This document shows, in pieces, positions 37,938-50,701 of a DNA stretch of 64,000 nt. The notes under the pieces are model-generated. The model made no database searches, was not told the DNA's origin, and saw only the letters and a list, made by a program, of their open reading frames with translations. Source of the stretch: Octopus sinensis. Taxonomy: Eukaryota. How positions within the stretch are numbered: position 1 is the stretch's first letter; each line of letters starts with the position of its first letter. Both the position numbers and the translations under genes were made by a program. The stretch covers positions 53,258,001-53,322,000 of the forward strand of contig NC_043006.1 in the NCBI RefSeq assembly GCF_006345805.1, read 5' to 3'.

Positions 37938-39430
37938 TGTGTGTTTGCGTGCGTGCATGCTCACCCGTGTGTTTATGGGTGGAAGAAAGTAAAAACCGGC
38001 GAGTTACTATAGCATGTGTATTATTTTCCGAAGCAATGTCAGCTGTAGACAAACGTCAGAAGTAGGATCACCAAGTGAGTCAAAGACCACACCCAACAGA
38101 ACATGCACTGCCCTCCCTCATGCACTAGATTAGATTCTTGACATTGTACTGACACTATGTGTTGTTACATGACACACCCTGCTGACATACAGCTCAAAGT
38201 ACAGATGACTTTGCCACGCGAGATTTTAATATTCTTGTAGGGTTTCTAATCTCAAAAACATCTCTCTCACTTTCCTTATGAGATTTGTATTCGCTTGAGA
38301 AGTTTAGGTGCGACTGACGGACAGAAAGGGGAGGGAGAAATAGAGAAAGGTAAAGAGTGAGAGAGAGAAAGAGAGGGGAAAGAGAAGGAAAGGTGTATGT
38401 GTGTGTGATAGGGTGCGTGTAAAATTGAGAAGAATTGTATATTTGTGTGTTACAGTTCAGCCTAGGTGATGGGCGTTTATGAGTGAATAAGGAGAGTTTG
38501 TATGTGTATGTATGCATGTTTTGCATGTTCAGTTTTTAAAAGAAGGACTGGTTTCCAACAAAGATACAATGCTCTATCGTTGAAATGTAGATAACAAAAA
38601 CAAATTCACATTTTAAACTTAAGAGAAGTCTTACACATTTTTACTATTCCGCCTACAGATTACTTTTGTAATTCCGTGTCAGCTGGTTGTCTTTTCTGTT
38701 TTTGCGGAAAACCCCAGGTTTTCCAGATTGCCACTTATAAAACCAAGTGCATCAGTTATTATTGATATAAATGTGAACTGAAGATGTCGTTCGTAGTTAC
38801 CCTCCTTCTCTTTGATTCTCGAAGGGATTTTCACCTCAGCAGAGGTGAATATTTTAATTAAATTAAGTTTAATTTAATTTAATTTAAATTAAAATATTAA
38901 CAACACTTAAGTTGGCCTGACTCAAGCGAGGAAATAAACGGTGTTGTGGCATAATGTATCTTCTCTTTTGATTTCTAAACATTATGCTGTAATTTAGGGA
39001 AGATTTGGCTGCTATTTCTAGAATGCCGGGAATCCACGTAAAGGTTTCGTATGTTTTGTTCCCATAGAGACCAATTTCCGTGTGTCTGGCAATTAAGGCT
39101 AACATTACATGAGTTTTAAATATTTGCAACTTTTTTATTATTAATTTCTAAAAAACAAAAGAATTAATGCGATTTTCGTCATCGGTATACAAAACTACAT
39201 ACATCAGAACTATATCTTTTTTTAAATAGTCCGGTGAAAATATTTCTTAAACTATAAGTGGTTGGAGAAAATTTTACAAGATCCAATAAATGTTTTGTAA
39301 CATGATTTTCCTGCGTTCTATCTTTTAATAACGAATTCTTTGAAATAGGTTTAACGTAGAGATGAGAAGCAGCTCAATATGCCTTAATTTAGAGAGTAAA
39401 CTGGTATATGGGATATGTTAGGGTATTGTA

Positions 39431-39581
39431 TTGGGTTGTCCGGGAAGTTCGTACCGATTTATAGTAGCTTACCTTTCGACTTATTTTAGAACATGGTTGA
39501 GTCCATAAAATAGGATTTGACTACACCTCCGTTTAGAGCACAGTTTAAGCTTTTCGTGAAATAAGAATTATGTCCCTACAA
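39431..39581 (+). mobile_element. Mariner deletion derivative, 5' part (split by the Helitron)
   Basis: TA|ttgggttgtccgggaagttcgt TIR; collinear with 15758-15912. Confidence 0.9.
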
Positions 39582-40214
39582 TCTCTCTATATATAAAACT
39601 GAGAATGTGTGTGTCTGTCTGTCTGTGTGTTTCCCTAAAACTTGAGAACTACACAATCAATTTCATTCAAATTTTACACATGCCTTACTTGGGGTCCGGG
39701 GAGTGTCATCGGCAAAAACTTTTTTAACTTTTTGCCTAGGGCGAGCCCACATCAATATCATATCTTCTCCACTACGATTCCCTAAAACTTGAGAACTACA
39801 CAACCAATTTCATTCAAATTTTACACATGCCTTACTTAGGGTCCATGTAATTTCATGGGAAAAAAATGTTCAACTTCTTGCCTAGAGCGAGCCCATAGCA
39901 ATATCATATCTTCTCCACTATTTCAGTATTACGTGTTAAAAGTGAAACAAAAACATTTCTCTATTTTATGTCAGATGCTTTCACTTTAACAATAAAAATA
40001 ATAATAACAATTGAATTATATGTAGTAAGTAATAATTAAAATCAAACTAAAGTATAATATAATCGTAACATAACAAAAGTAAAAATAGCAATTGGTATAA
40101 AATTGCATCAATGACTTGAACTTGAATAAGTGGTTTCACATGAATGGGAATAAATAAAAATAAAATTAGTGTGCAGAAATGAAATAGTCCAGATGGATAA
40201 TAAAAACTTAAATT

Positions 40215-40276
40215 AAAGAAAAGACTATTGTCAATAAAGTATACAATGTAGAGAAAAAAGAAGATTTGAACACCTG
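40215..40276 (+). pseudogene. Older Tx1-type ORF1 relic, left half
   Basis: KEKTIVNKVYNVEKK, then after a frameshift RFEHL; continues in frame at 50954 as EESTIEKCLG. Confidence 0.55.
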
Positions 40277-42202
40277 TCCGAAATCTATCCACATGTGTTG
40301 TGAGTTATTTTATATGTGAAAATTGGAAAAAGACTGTTAAAAAATTGTCAAAAAGTTGAATCGCGCGAGGCGTTTGCCGCTGCGTGTTTGAACCTTTTAT
40401 AGAAGGTGTGTCGACCCTCAAGTCATGGAGACTTACGCGGGGGTCGCCACAACAAAAAGTGACGAGTCACTTAGAATAAAAGAAGTGTTCTTTAGAAAAG
40501 AACAATTGAAGGAATACGAGAAGTTCGTCAAAAGGGAGGGTGACAGCGTGAAGCTGGTCCCGCCTGTGGAAACAATAGAAGAAAAAAATAACAAGACGAT
40601 AACGTATAGAACGCAAGATAGAAACACGAGAAAACTGGTGAGAGTGACGATTGAAGAAATAGAGAAATGTCTGGGGGACATCATGAAAAAAGCGACTTTT
40701 GTAGACAGAGGAAAGAAATATGGTACGGTGGAGGTGAGATGCGCAACAAGGAAGTGGCGGCCTCATTGGCTTCCACTGTCCTGAAAGCGGAAAATTTCAC
40801 CATGTGGCCGACGTATAAAGGAAGACGAGGGGTACGGGTAAGAGTCCCAAGGTGCCCCCAATATTAAAACAGAAATGCTGGTAACAGCCATTATTGGGGC
40901 AGCAAAAGAGGAAGTAGAAATAGGGTCAATTAAGGAGACGAACGTTGTAAATTGGAAGGGATTCGGAGTCGAGTTGTGGCTGATGGCCACAATTGAAGAC
41001 ATCGAAAGATTTCCCTTCCAAATAGAAATAGAAAACGAAAAAACAATTAGTGTAATAGTGGAAGGCAGAAAACCGAATTGCTACCTGTGCGGCTCAAGAG
41101 GGCACATAAAAAAGGAATGTCCGCTGTATGAATTCACAGCGGAGCAAAAAGAGACACAAAGTGGAGAGAAGGAAAACGAACACGAAGGAAAGAACAGCGA
41201 AAACAAGGAAAAGGAAATAACGGAGAAACAACAAGAGAAGGGAAGTAACAGCGCACTGAAGAAAATGAAAACAAAGGGAAGAAGATAGTAGAAAAGGAGC
41301 AAAATTCACAGGGTGCAGAAGTAGAGGAGAAGGAGCCAAGGCAGAAGCAAGAGAAAGAAAAGGAAAGTACATTAAAGGAAAGAGAAAAAGCAGGAAAAGA
41401 ACAAGAGAAGGAACAGAACCAAGAGAAAGGAAAAGATGGTATGCAAAAAGGAAAAAGAAAAAAACAGGAAAGGAACTTAAGGCACAGGGTGAGAGACGGC
41501 AGACAAAGAGCCAAAAAGACAGAGAAGGAAAAAGAAAGAAGAGAAAGCAAAAAGAGAGAAAGAGAGAACCGAGGGAGGAGAAAAAAGAGGAAGTAAGTCC
41601 TAAGAGAAAAACTAGAGAAAACGCAGGTACGAATAGAAATTTCAAATACTATGGAACGTTGATCCATCACAAGCACTGTGAGGAGATGGAAAATTTAATA
41701 AGCGAAACAAACGGATATACGTGGGTCAGGATGGGCACCGAATGGAAAGAAACAGGTGCACTCGTCCACGAGAACGACGCCGAGGCGTTCATCGAGGCAG
41801 CTGGCGAGAACGTGTTAAAACATATGAAATGCCGACTTCCAAGGTGGCCTCGAACGATGGAAATTTACTCAGATTTGGTAGACATAATGGAGTATATATA
41901 AAAGAAAAGGTATTGTGAAAACTTTAATTTGGAAATGATAAAAGAACTTTAAATTCTGGAAAAAAAAAAAAGAAATGTTGAACTTTGTAAAACTTTTTGA
42001 AATGTATGTTGAAAATGTATAAAATGTTTTATTTGAAAATATTGTTGACCAATTAAAAATAAATGACGAAATGTAACCGCTCGATTTCGGGGATCGAGTG
42101 GGCATTGCACCACATTGTACAAACTTCATAATTCATTATTCATTTTCCCGATTGTATTGTCCCATCTATGTAGCCCCTAGTGGGTAATAATAAAACAACC
42201 TG
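40277..42202 (+). mobile_element. ORF1-only non-LTR unit 1 (1926 bp)
   Basis: Starts tccgaaatc; ATG 40425; frameshifted gag-like ORF1 with CYLCGSRGHIKKEC zinc knuckle, a K/E-rich linker and a C-terminal domain ending 41901; 3' end shared with the LINE; no ORF2. Confidence 0.85.
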
Positions 42203-43954
42203 TCTGAAATCTATGCGTGTTGTTATATGTGACTAGACGGTGAAATTTTTTCTGTGTAAATTGATTTGATATCGCGCGAGGCGTTTGCCTCCACGTGTGG
42301 AAACCTTCCGAAGAAGGTGAATTGACGCTCTAGTCATGGCGACTTACGCGGAGGTCACCGGGGAAAATAACGATTCGTCGATAATCATAAAGGAGGTTTT
42401 CTTTGAGAAGGAGAAACTCAAAGAATATGAAAAGCTCTTCAAAAGGGAGGGTGATAGCGTGAAGCTAATCCCCCCCCCGCGAAAGCAAAAGAGGATAAAG
42501 AAAGCAAGACGGTGACATACAGAACCCAAGACAAAAATACGAAGAAACTGGCAAGAGTGGAGATAGTCGAAATTGAAAAATGTCTGGGAGACATAATGGG
42601 GAAAATAACCTACGTGAGTAGAGGCAAGAAATTTGGTACGGTGGAGGTGAGATGTGCAACGGAAGAAATTGCGACCTCACTGGCTACCACCGTACTAAGA
42701 GCCGAAAAATTCACAAGGGAAGAAGAGGGGTCCGGGTTAAAATCCCGAATATACCCCCAGAAGTGAAAACAGAATGGCTGGCAACAGCTATTCTAGGAGC
42801 AGCAGAAGAGGAAGTGGAGGTGGAATCTATTAGGAGTCCAACGCGGTAAACTGGAGAGGATATGGGGTAGAATTGTGTTGATGGCCACAAAAGAGGATAT
42901 TGAAAGGTTTCCATACAGAATTGAAATTGAAGAGGAAAAAACCCTCAGCGTAATTGTAGAGGGGAGAAACCAAACTGTTACTTGTGTGGGACAAGGGGGC
43001 ACATTAAAAAAGAGTGCCCGTTATACGAATTCGTAGCGGAGTGCGAGCAGGAACTTGAAGAAAAGAAGAATACTGTAAATGAGAAAGAAACTAGAAAAGG
43101 AAACAAAACACAAGAGAAAGGAAATAATAAGTCAATGAAGGAAAAGAATAAAAGAAAAGAAAGAAATAGAACCAAAACAGAGTCAGGAAAAAAAAAGGAA
43201 AAAGAAACAATAGGAAAAAAACAAGAGAGGGATCAGAATCAAACGAAAAGAAAAGACGGCACACAAAAGGAAAAAGAAAAGGAACATAAAACACCGAGAG
43301 AAGAGAGAACAGACAAAGAACCAAAAAGACAAGAGAAGGAAGGAGAAGAAAAGAAGGCAAAAAGAGAGAAAGAGAGAAACAAAGAGAGAGAACAAGGAAG
43401 AAATAAGCCCGAAAAGGAAAATGAAGGAAAACGTAGGACGGAAACAAGATTACTATTACTACAAGTTAGTAACCTTCCATTTCTGCCCTATAATGAAAGA
43501 CTTGACAAGTGAAACGGAGGGACATATATGGGTCAACAGGATGACCGACCGGTGGCAGGAGATTGCTCTAATCCCCGAAGAAAGAGCCGCTGAGTTCCTC
43601 AGAGCTGCCGGAGAGAGTGTAATATTTTACACGAAGGTTCGAGTGAGAGAGCGGCTGCCTGAGGGCTCAGTGTTAGACTTCAGAGAAGTGGAAACAATTA
43701 TAGAGTATGTATAGAATTGTGAGAGGGAAAAAAAAAGAGAAAAAAGAAAATTTTGTGAAATATATGTGACGAAAATGTAACCTCTTGATTCCGGGGATCG
43801 AGTGGACATTTACATCTCATTGTAAATATTCTTTCATATGTCATTTTTACTTTTTATTTTTTCCTTTTCTTGTCATTCGCTTTCTTATTTTAAGTTCCCC
43901 GATTGTATTGTCCCATCTATGTTCGCCCCTTGTGGGTAGTAATAAAATCACCTG
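42203..43954 (+). mobile_element. ORF1-only non-LTR unit 2 (1752 bp)
   Basis: Starts tctgaaatc; ATG 42336; CYLCGTRGHIKKEC; stop 43714; shared 3' end; no ORF2. Confidence 0.85.
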
Positions 43955-45709
43955 TCTGAAATCTATGTGTGTTGTTATATGTGACTAGACGGTGAAATTT
44001 TTTCTGTGTAAATTGATTTGATATCGCGCGAGGCGTTTGCCTCCACGTGTGGAAACCTTCCGAAGAAGGTGAATTGACCCTCTAGTCATGGCGACTTACG
44101 CGGAGGTCACCGGGAAAAATAACGATTCGTCGATAATCATAAAGGAGGTTTTCTTTGAGTAGGAGAAACTCAAAGAATATGAAAAGCTCTTCAAAAGGGA
44201 GGGTGATAGCGTGAAGCTAATCCCCCCCCCCGCGAAAGCAAAAGAGGATAAAGAAAGCAAGACGGTGACATACAGAACCCAAGACAAGAATACGAAGAAA
44301 CTGGCAAGAGTGGAGATAGACGAAATTGAAAAATGTCTGGGAGACATAATGGGGAAAATAACCTACGTGAGTAGAGGCAAGAAATTTGGTACGGTGGAGG
44401 TGAGATGTGCAACGGAGGAAATTGCGGCCTCACTGGCTACCACCGTACTAAGAGCCGAAAAATTCACAAGGGAAGAAGAGGGGTCCGGGTTAAAATCCCG
44501 AATATACCCCCAGAAGTGAAAACAGAATGGCTGGCAACAGCTATTCTAGGAGCAGCAGAAGAGGAAGTGGAGGTGGAATCTATTAAGGAGTCCAACGCGG
44601 TAAACTGGAGAGGATATGGGGTAGAATTGTGGTTGATGGCCACAAAAGAGGATATTGAAAGGTTTCCATACAGAATTGAAATTGAAGAGGAAAAAACCCT
44701 CAGCGTAATTGTAGAGGGGAGAAAACCAAACTGTTACTTGTGTGGGACAAGGGGGCACATTAAAAAAAGTGCCCGTTATACGAATTCGTAGCGGAGTGCG
44801 AGCAGGAACTTGAAGAAAAGAAGAATACTGTAAATGAGAAAGAAAACATAGAAAAGGAAACAAAACAACAAGAGAAAGGAAATATAAGTCAATGAAGGAA
44901 AAAGAAATAAAAGAAAAGAAAGAATAGAACCAAAACAGAGTCAGGAAAAAAAAAGGAAAAGAAACAATAGGAAAAAAACAAGAGAGGGATCAGAATCAAA
45001 CGAAAAGAAAAGACGGCACACAAAAGGAAAAAGAAAAGGAACATAAAACACGAGAGAAAAGAGAAACAGACAAAGAACCAAAAAGACAAGAGAGGAAGGA
45101 GAAAGAAAAGAAGGCAAAAAGAGAGAAAGAGAGAAACAAAGAGAGGAGAACAAGGAAGAATAAGCCCGAAAAGGAAAATGAAGGAAAACGTAGGACGGAA
45201 ACAAGATTACTATTACTACAAGTTAGTAACCTTCCATTTCTGCCCTATAATGAAAGACTTGACAAGTGAAACGGAGGGACATATATGGGTCAACAGGATG
45301 ACCGACCGGTGGCAGGAGTTGCTCTAATCCCCGAAGAAAGAGCCGCTGAGTTCCTCAGAGCTGCCGGAGAGAGTGTAATATTTTACACGAAGGTTCGAGT
45401 GAGAGAGCGGCTGCCTGAGGGCTCAGTGTTAGACTTCAGAGAAGTGGAAACAATTATAGAGTATGTATAGAATTGTGAGAGGGAAAAAAAAAGAGAAAAA
45501 AGAAAATTTTGTGAAATATATGTGACGAAAATGTAACCTCTCGATTCCGGGGATCGAGTGGACATTTACATCTCATTGTAAATATTCTTTCATATGTCAT
45601 TTTTACTTTTATTTTTTCCTTTTCTTGTCATTCGCTTTCTTATTTTAAGTTCCCCGATTGTATTGTCCCATCTATGTTCGCCCCTTGTGAGTAGTAATAA
45701 AATCACCTG
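43955..45709 (+). mobile_element. ORF1-only non-LTR unit 3 (1755 bp), near-identical to unit 2
   Basis: ATG 44088, stop 45470; differs from unit 2 mostly by single-base indels. Confidence 0.85.
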
Positions 45710-45928
45710 TCTGAAATCAATTTTTGCGTCTGTTAGTAAGTTATATATTTTGCTCTCATAGTATTATCTCTGTTTTTCTATATTGTCTGTATACTTGTTT
45801 GTTTACTGTTGTTTAACTGAAGAAGTCAGCCTTCGCGCGAGTTCTTCGCGTTGGTGTTCCCCCCTCCGTGGGGGAAAACTACAATTATTTTGGAATCTCC
45901 AAAGGCTTGTTAAAGCCATTTGTTTAAG

Positions 45929-47297
45929 ATGGAGTCCCCCATCTCCTATTCGCCCGTGACGAGCGAGGACGAATACCCGGCGTTGACATCAGGAAAAAAA
46001 GAAGCGTTGTCGCCAAGAAAAAAAGAGGCGTTATCGCCGAAGAAAAAGGAGGCGGCATCGCCCAAAAAAATAGAAAAATCAATACCAGCATCAACTCCAG
46101 CGAAAAAATTCGCTGAAGTAGCTGGGAAAAAAATTAAAACAATAAACGTGGAAAATCTAGAAAAATTCGCAGACAGTGTAAAGAAAGAGGGCACGGAAGT
46201 GACTGTGGTCGCAGACGTACAGAAACATGAAGATATAGAGAGGAAAAGAATTATTTACAAAACGTACAACACAGCTACAAGAATGATTCAGAAAATCGAG
46301 GAGAAAAAATAGGGTTATGTTTGAAACCAATAATGGACAAAATAACATATATAAACAGAGGTAAAAAATACGGCACAGTGGAGGTGCGTTTTACCTCTGA
46401 AGAGATAGCGAAAAAACTATCAATGGAGACTTTCAAAGCAGAAAACATCGTCCTATTACCATTATATAGAGGAAAGCGGACATCAAAAATCACAATGAAC
46501 AACATTCCCCCAGAGGCAGATGCAGAATGTCTGGTGGCAGCAGTGATGGTAGGCCTGGAGAAAAAAATAAACATCCTCCAGGCCACAGTGGAAGAAGAGG
46601 AGTTCTGGAAAGGACAAAAGATAGTGATAGCCATTCAGGCTGAGACACAAACACTGGAAGAAATTCCAGAAACAGTAAAAATTAGCGAAGAGGAAAAAAT
46701 AACTGTTTTCGTGGAGGGCAGGAGGCCGAGGTGCTTCGGCTGCGGCAAGAAGGGTCACGTAAGGGCGGAATGCCAACCCCAACCCAAACCGCAGGAAGCA
46801 CCGAAGCCAAGAGAAAAAGATGTGTCACCAGAAGCAACGTCGGACGGCCCAGAAGGGAAGACCGAAGGTGTGGAGGTGACGGTGACAGCAGAACCAGCGG
46901 CGGAGGAGAACAAGAGCGAGGAAAAGATAAATGAGGAGGGGTGGAAAAAATTACCGAAAAAAAAAAAAGAAAAACGGATACCACCCCACCCAGAATAATT
47001 TTAAAAAAGAAGAGAGAGACAATGGACTCATATATGGCCGTAAAGGCAGCGAATAGCAGACTAGGAAACGTGTTGGCTGCTATGGCCAAGGTAGAGAAAG
47101 TGGAAAAGAAAAATGACTTTGTGATCTACAGAATAGGCCGGAAGGATTACGGGCGGATAAAATCCGAATTCTTCCACGACGTAGGCCCACTTAGATTGGA
47201 GGTGACATCTCCACATATATTCGAGGGCCTACGTCAGACTCCCCCACGAGGCCCAGAAAGAGTTGGAAGAACGAGAGAAAACCGAACCACTGATATA
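45929..47297 (+). CDS. LINE ORF1 (gag-like, CCHC zinc knuckle), frameshifted in this sequence
   Basis: ORFs 45920-46312, 46321-46998 and 46941-47384 join across A-runs; CFGCGKKGHVRAEC; RGKKYGTVEVRF is shared with units 1-3. The 3' end is approximate. Confidence 0.8.
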
Positions 47298-47307
47298 AAG
47301 GTAAGTA

Positions 47308-50300
47308 ATGGATTGCATTTATGTTGGTTGTTTGAATGTGCGCGGCCTGGGAGCAGGCTGGAAGCAAGGTCGCTTCCTGCATGATATCAGGTCGCGTAAT
47401 TTAGATGTTATTGTTGCTACAGAAACCCGATTAGAGGGGCCAAGAGGTCTGCTCCCGCTGTTTGACGGCTACGAGAGTTTTTTCTCTCCTGGCAGTCCTA
47501 CTGGCGGAAGTGGGGTGTTGGTCCTAATTAAAAGAAACCGGGTTTCTGAGAAAAAGTTAATTTTTGCAGATCCAGAAGGTAGACTGGTCGTCATGGATTT
47601 GACGTTCAGTAATGGTAAAGTTATCAGACTGGTTGCAATTTACGCACCCAACCATACAGGGCAAAGTGATTATTTTCGTGAACTAGAAAACTTTCTTGGT
47701 ACTTCGCATTCATTAGTTGTGCTAGGAGACTTTAACACAATTTGCAAAGCGGATGTAGATTGTGTTGGCTCGCGTCCAGATAGAAAAGGTAACAGTGGCT
47801 TCATGGAACTGCTAAGCCGCTTTGAGCTAGCAGATCCTTATAGGCTGGAATTTCCGAACGCTCCATTGTGGACATGGTCAAACAGCGACGGATCTTCCAG
47901 GTCATATTTAGATAGAATACTAATTAGAAAAGTAGACAGTAAAATAGCTAAGTATCCACAGTTTTACCCGATCAGCTACAGTGATCATAAAATGGTCACT
48001 TGTAAGCTTGACATAGATAAGGTTAAAAATAGAGGATCCGGTTACTGGAAACTTAATACGTCCCTTTTGGCGATTAAGGAGTACAAAGACCGGATTAGGG
48101 ACATAATTCAGAGGGCACTATCTGGTACCATCATTAATAACAAATGGTGGTACGCCCTCAAACGAGCCATCAAGTTTGAGTCTATTAGATATAGCATAGG
48201 AGTAGTGGCTAGAGAGGCTAGAAGGGAAACTACTCTAGTTAAGGAATTAGAGGAAGCCATGAAAACTGGCTCTGCGGCTCAGGTGGCGTCTAAGAGACTG
48301 GTGTTAAACCAGCACCTCGAGGCCAAACACATGGGCTGCATTGTCAGGGCTAGAATCCGCCATATGGGATGTGAAGGAATCAACGCCGTGAGATGGGCCC
48401 GAGTGGTAGAAGCACAGCATGGTAACGATGCCACGATTCGATCTTTGACGAACCAACAAGGTGAGTTGATAAACGAACCCGAGGAGATGTGTGAGGCCTT
48501 TCAGGAGCACTTTGCTCAGCTTTTCGGTGAGTGCGGCGGACTGGATAGGAGCAGGGCCTATACGGACCTACTCGACGGGCTGCCGCGCTTATCGGGGCGA
48601 GATGCGGAGGGCTGTGAAGGGCCAATCACGCATGAGGAGGTGGTTGAGGCAATGGCGGACTGCGGCGCGGGCAAGGCGCCGGGTTTGGATGGTCTACCCT
48701 ATGAGTTATATAAGAGTATGCCAGACTTGTTCGGGCACCTACTGGCGGAGGTCTATGCGAACTGGCAGCAGAACGGGCTTATACCCAGATCTGTGCGCCG
48801 GGAGTAGTGAAACTCGTCAGAAAGGACCCAGCAAGGGGGAGTGCATTGATAATTTCAGGCCCATCACTCTGCTAAATACAGAGTTGAAGATTTTGGCCAA
48901 AGTGTTATCGAAAAGATTGGCGCGTGTCGCGGATGGTCTGATCGGGGAGGCACAGACATGTGCCGTTCCGGGCAGAACCATTCAGGATAATCTCCATCTA
49001 ATGCGGTACACTATAGAGGGGTTTAATAGTGATTCTGGCAAGGGTGGGGCACTGGTCCATTTAGACCAATCTAAAGCATTTGATAGGGTCGACCATCGTT
49101 ACCTGGTATCCGCCCTGGCACAGTTCGGGCCCAGCCTTGGCTTCCTCAGGTGGATTATCCAAATTTATGATAACATCGACTCGGTAGTTCGGGTGAACGG
49201 CTTCTTGTCGAAGCCGTTCAAAATCAAACGCTCGGTTCGTCAAGGGTGTCCGCTCTCCCCGCTTTTGTACGTGATGGCTCTAGAGCCATTACTGCGAAAA
49301 CTGAGCGGCATCCCGAGACAGCCAGGTAATGGAAAATCAGTGTCAGCGTACGCGGATGACATCACCATCATCGTAACCGAAATGGACCACCTATGTAAAG
49401 TAGGCAAGGCCATAGAGGTTTACGAGACGGTGACAGGAGCAAAAGGTAATCGCGAAAAGTCAGTCGGCTTGCAACTCGGCACCTGGAGAGGCAAGGCGAT
49501 GCCTCCTGACAGCGTCGTGGGACGTTGGACGGAGGGTCCGATTAAATTGCTAGGGGTCTGGTTCGGTCCAGACCTCCAAATAGAGAAGAATTGGGGCGAG
49601 GTAACGAGCAAGGTGGCTGCAGTAGCCAAGACCTGGTCTTGGCGGTGGCTATCCCTGAAAGGGAGGTCGGAGGTGGCCAATGTGTTTATCGCATCGGTTA
49701 TCACCTTCCGCCTTTCCGTCGTTCCTTGCCCTGATTCGTGGTTGACCAAGTTGGAAAGACAGCTCTTCTACTTCTTGTGGAAGGGCGGGAAACCACTTGT
49801 GAAACGCTCTACTTGCTGTCAACAACCGTTAAAGGGTGGGCTAGGGATGCCTTGGCTGATGATGCGCAGACATGCGCTGAGGTTAAGACATCTGTGGCTC
49901 TACCTGGATGGTGAACGGGTGTGGTCTTCGCTAGCAAAACTGATGTTTCCCAAGTTCACTAGTTTCGGTGGATGGGAAACCTGGCTGAATCGTAGATCGA
50001 AACTTGGTACTTGGTACACAGAGTGTCGCAAGGCTCTCCTGCTATTCCATCGCTCGGGCAACGCCTGCGGTGGGGGTTCCACCACATTCTTCTATAGAGG
50101 GTTGGTAGAGGCGGAATGTGAAGATACCTTGGGAGAAGCCCTAGGTCTCGACGATAATCAGCTGGCCAGTCTGTTCCGACGTACGTTCAAGCCGAAGACA
50201 CTGGACAACTTCCAGAAGTCTCTGGCATGGCAATGCTACAGAGGAGCTCTACCTGTTCGGGATAAACTCGCAAGGCACGGTGGCCATGACAGTCCGATAT

Positions 50301-50701
50301 GTCCAAGATGCGGGCGGGATAGGGAAACCGTCCCGCACGCTATTGTTCATTGTCCGGACGTGTCTGAGGTGTGGGTTTATGCCGAACAGCTGTTGTCAGG
50401 TACACGAAGAGTACAGCTGTCGACTGAGTCGATTACAAAAATTGACCCACCGGATTTCCTCGCGAATGAAGGTAAGTTTCGTTTTCTCGTTGTAGTAGCA
50501 ATCGCGAAAGAGGTGATATGGAAGACGAGAATGAAAGGTCTACAGTCAGGCAAGTTCATCTCCGGCCCTGGTTTGATGAAGTATTTCATCTATCACCTGA
50601 AAAGGAAGATAGGGCTGGAGAGAATTTGCCTAACTAGGAGAGTGTATGAAAAACGATGGAAAGATGTAGCACGAAAGTTGCGAGTGGATGATACAACATA
50701 A
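47308..50701 (+). CDS. LINE ORF2: APE endonuclease + reverse transcriptase + C-terminal zinc finger
   Basis: EN motifs LNVRGL, ATETR, LGDFN, YLDRIL, SDH. RT motifs LDQSKAFDRVDH, RQGCPLSP, YADD. C-terminal CPRCGRDRETVPHAIVHC. Frame broken only near 48800-48835. Confidence 0.95.

Noticed and set aside
41081-45204. Long F/L/S-rich minus-strand ORFs (e.g. 41094-41645, 43091-43447)
   Set aside because: They are antisense shadows of the purine-rich K/E linker of ORF1.
40277-45709. Regularly recurring junction repeats considered as a CRISPR-like array
   Set aside because: The intervening sequences are 1.7-1.9-kb homologous coding units in a eukaryotic context; the repeats are retroelement termini.
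45719-45726. Sm-site-like AATTTTTG near the LINE 5' end, suggesting an snRNA target as for some Tx1 families
   Set aside because: It is present in only one of four units, and I see no further similarity to U1, U2, U4 or U5 around the junctions.
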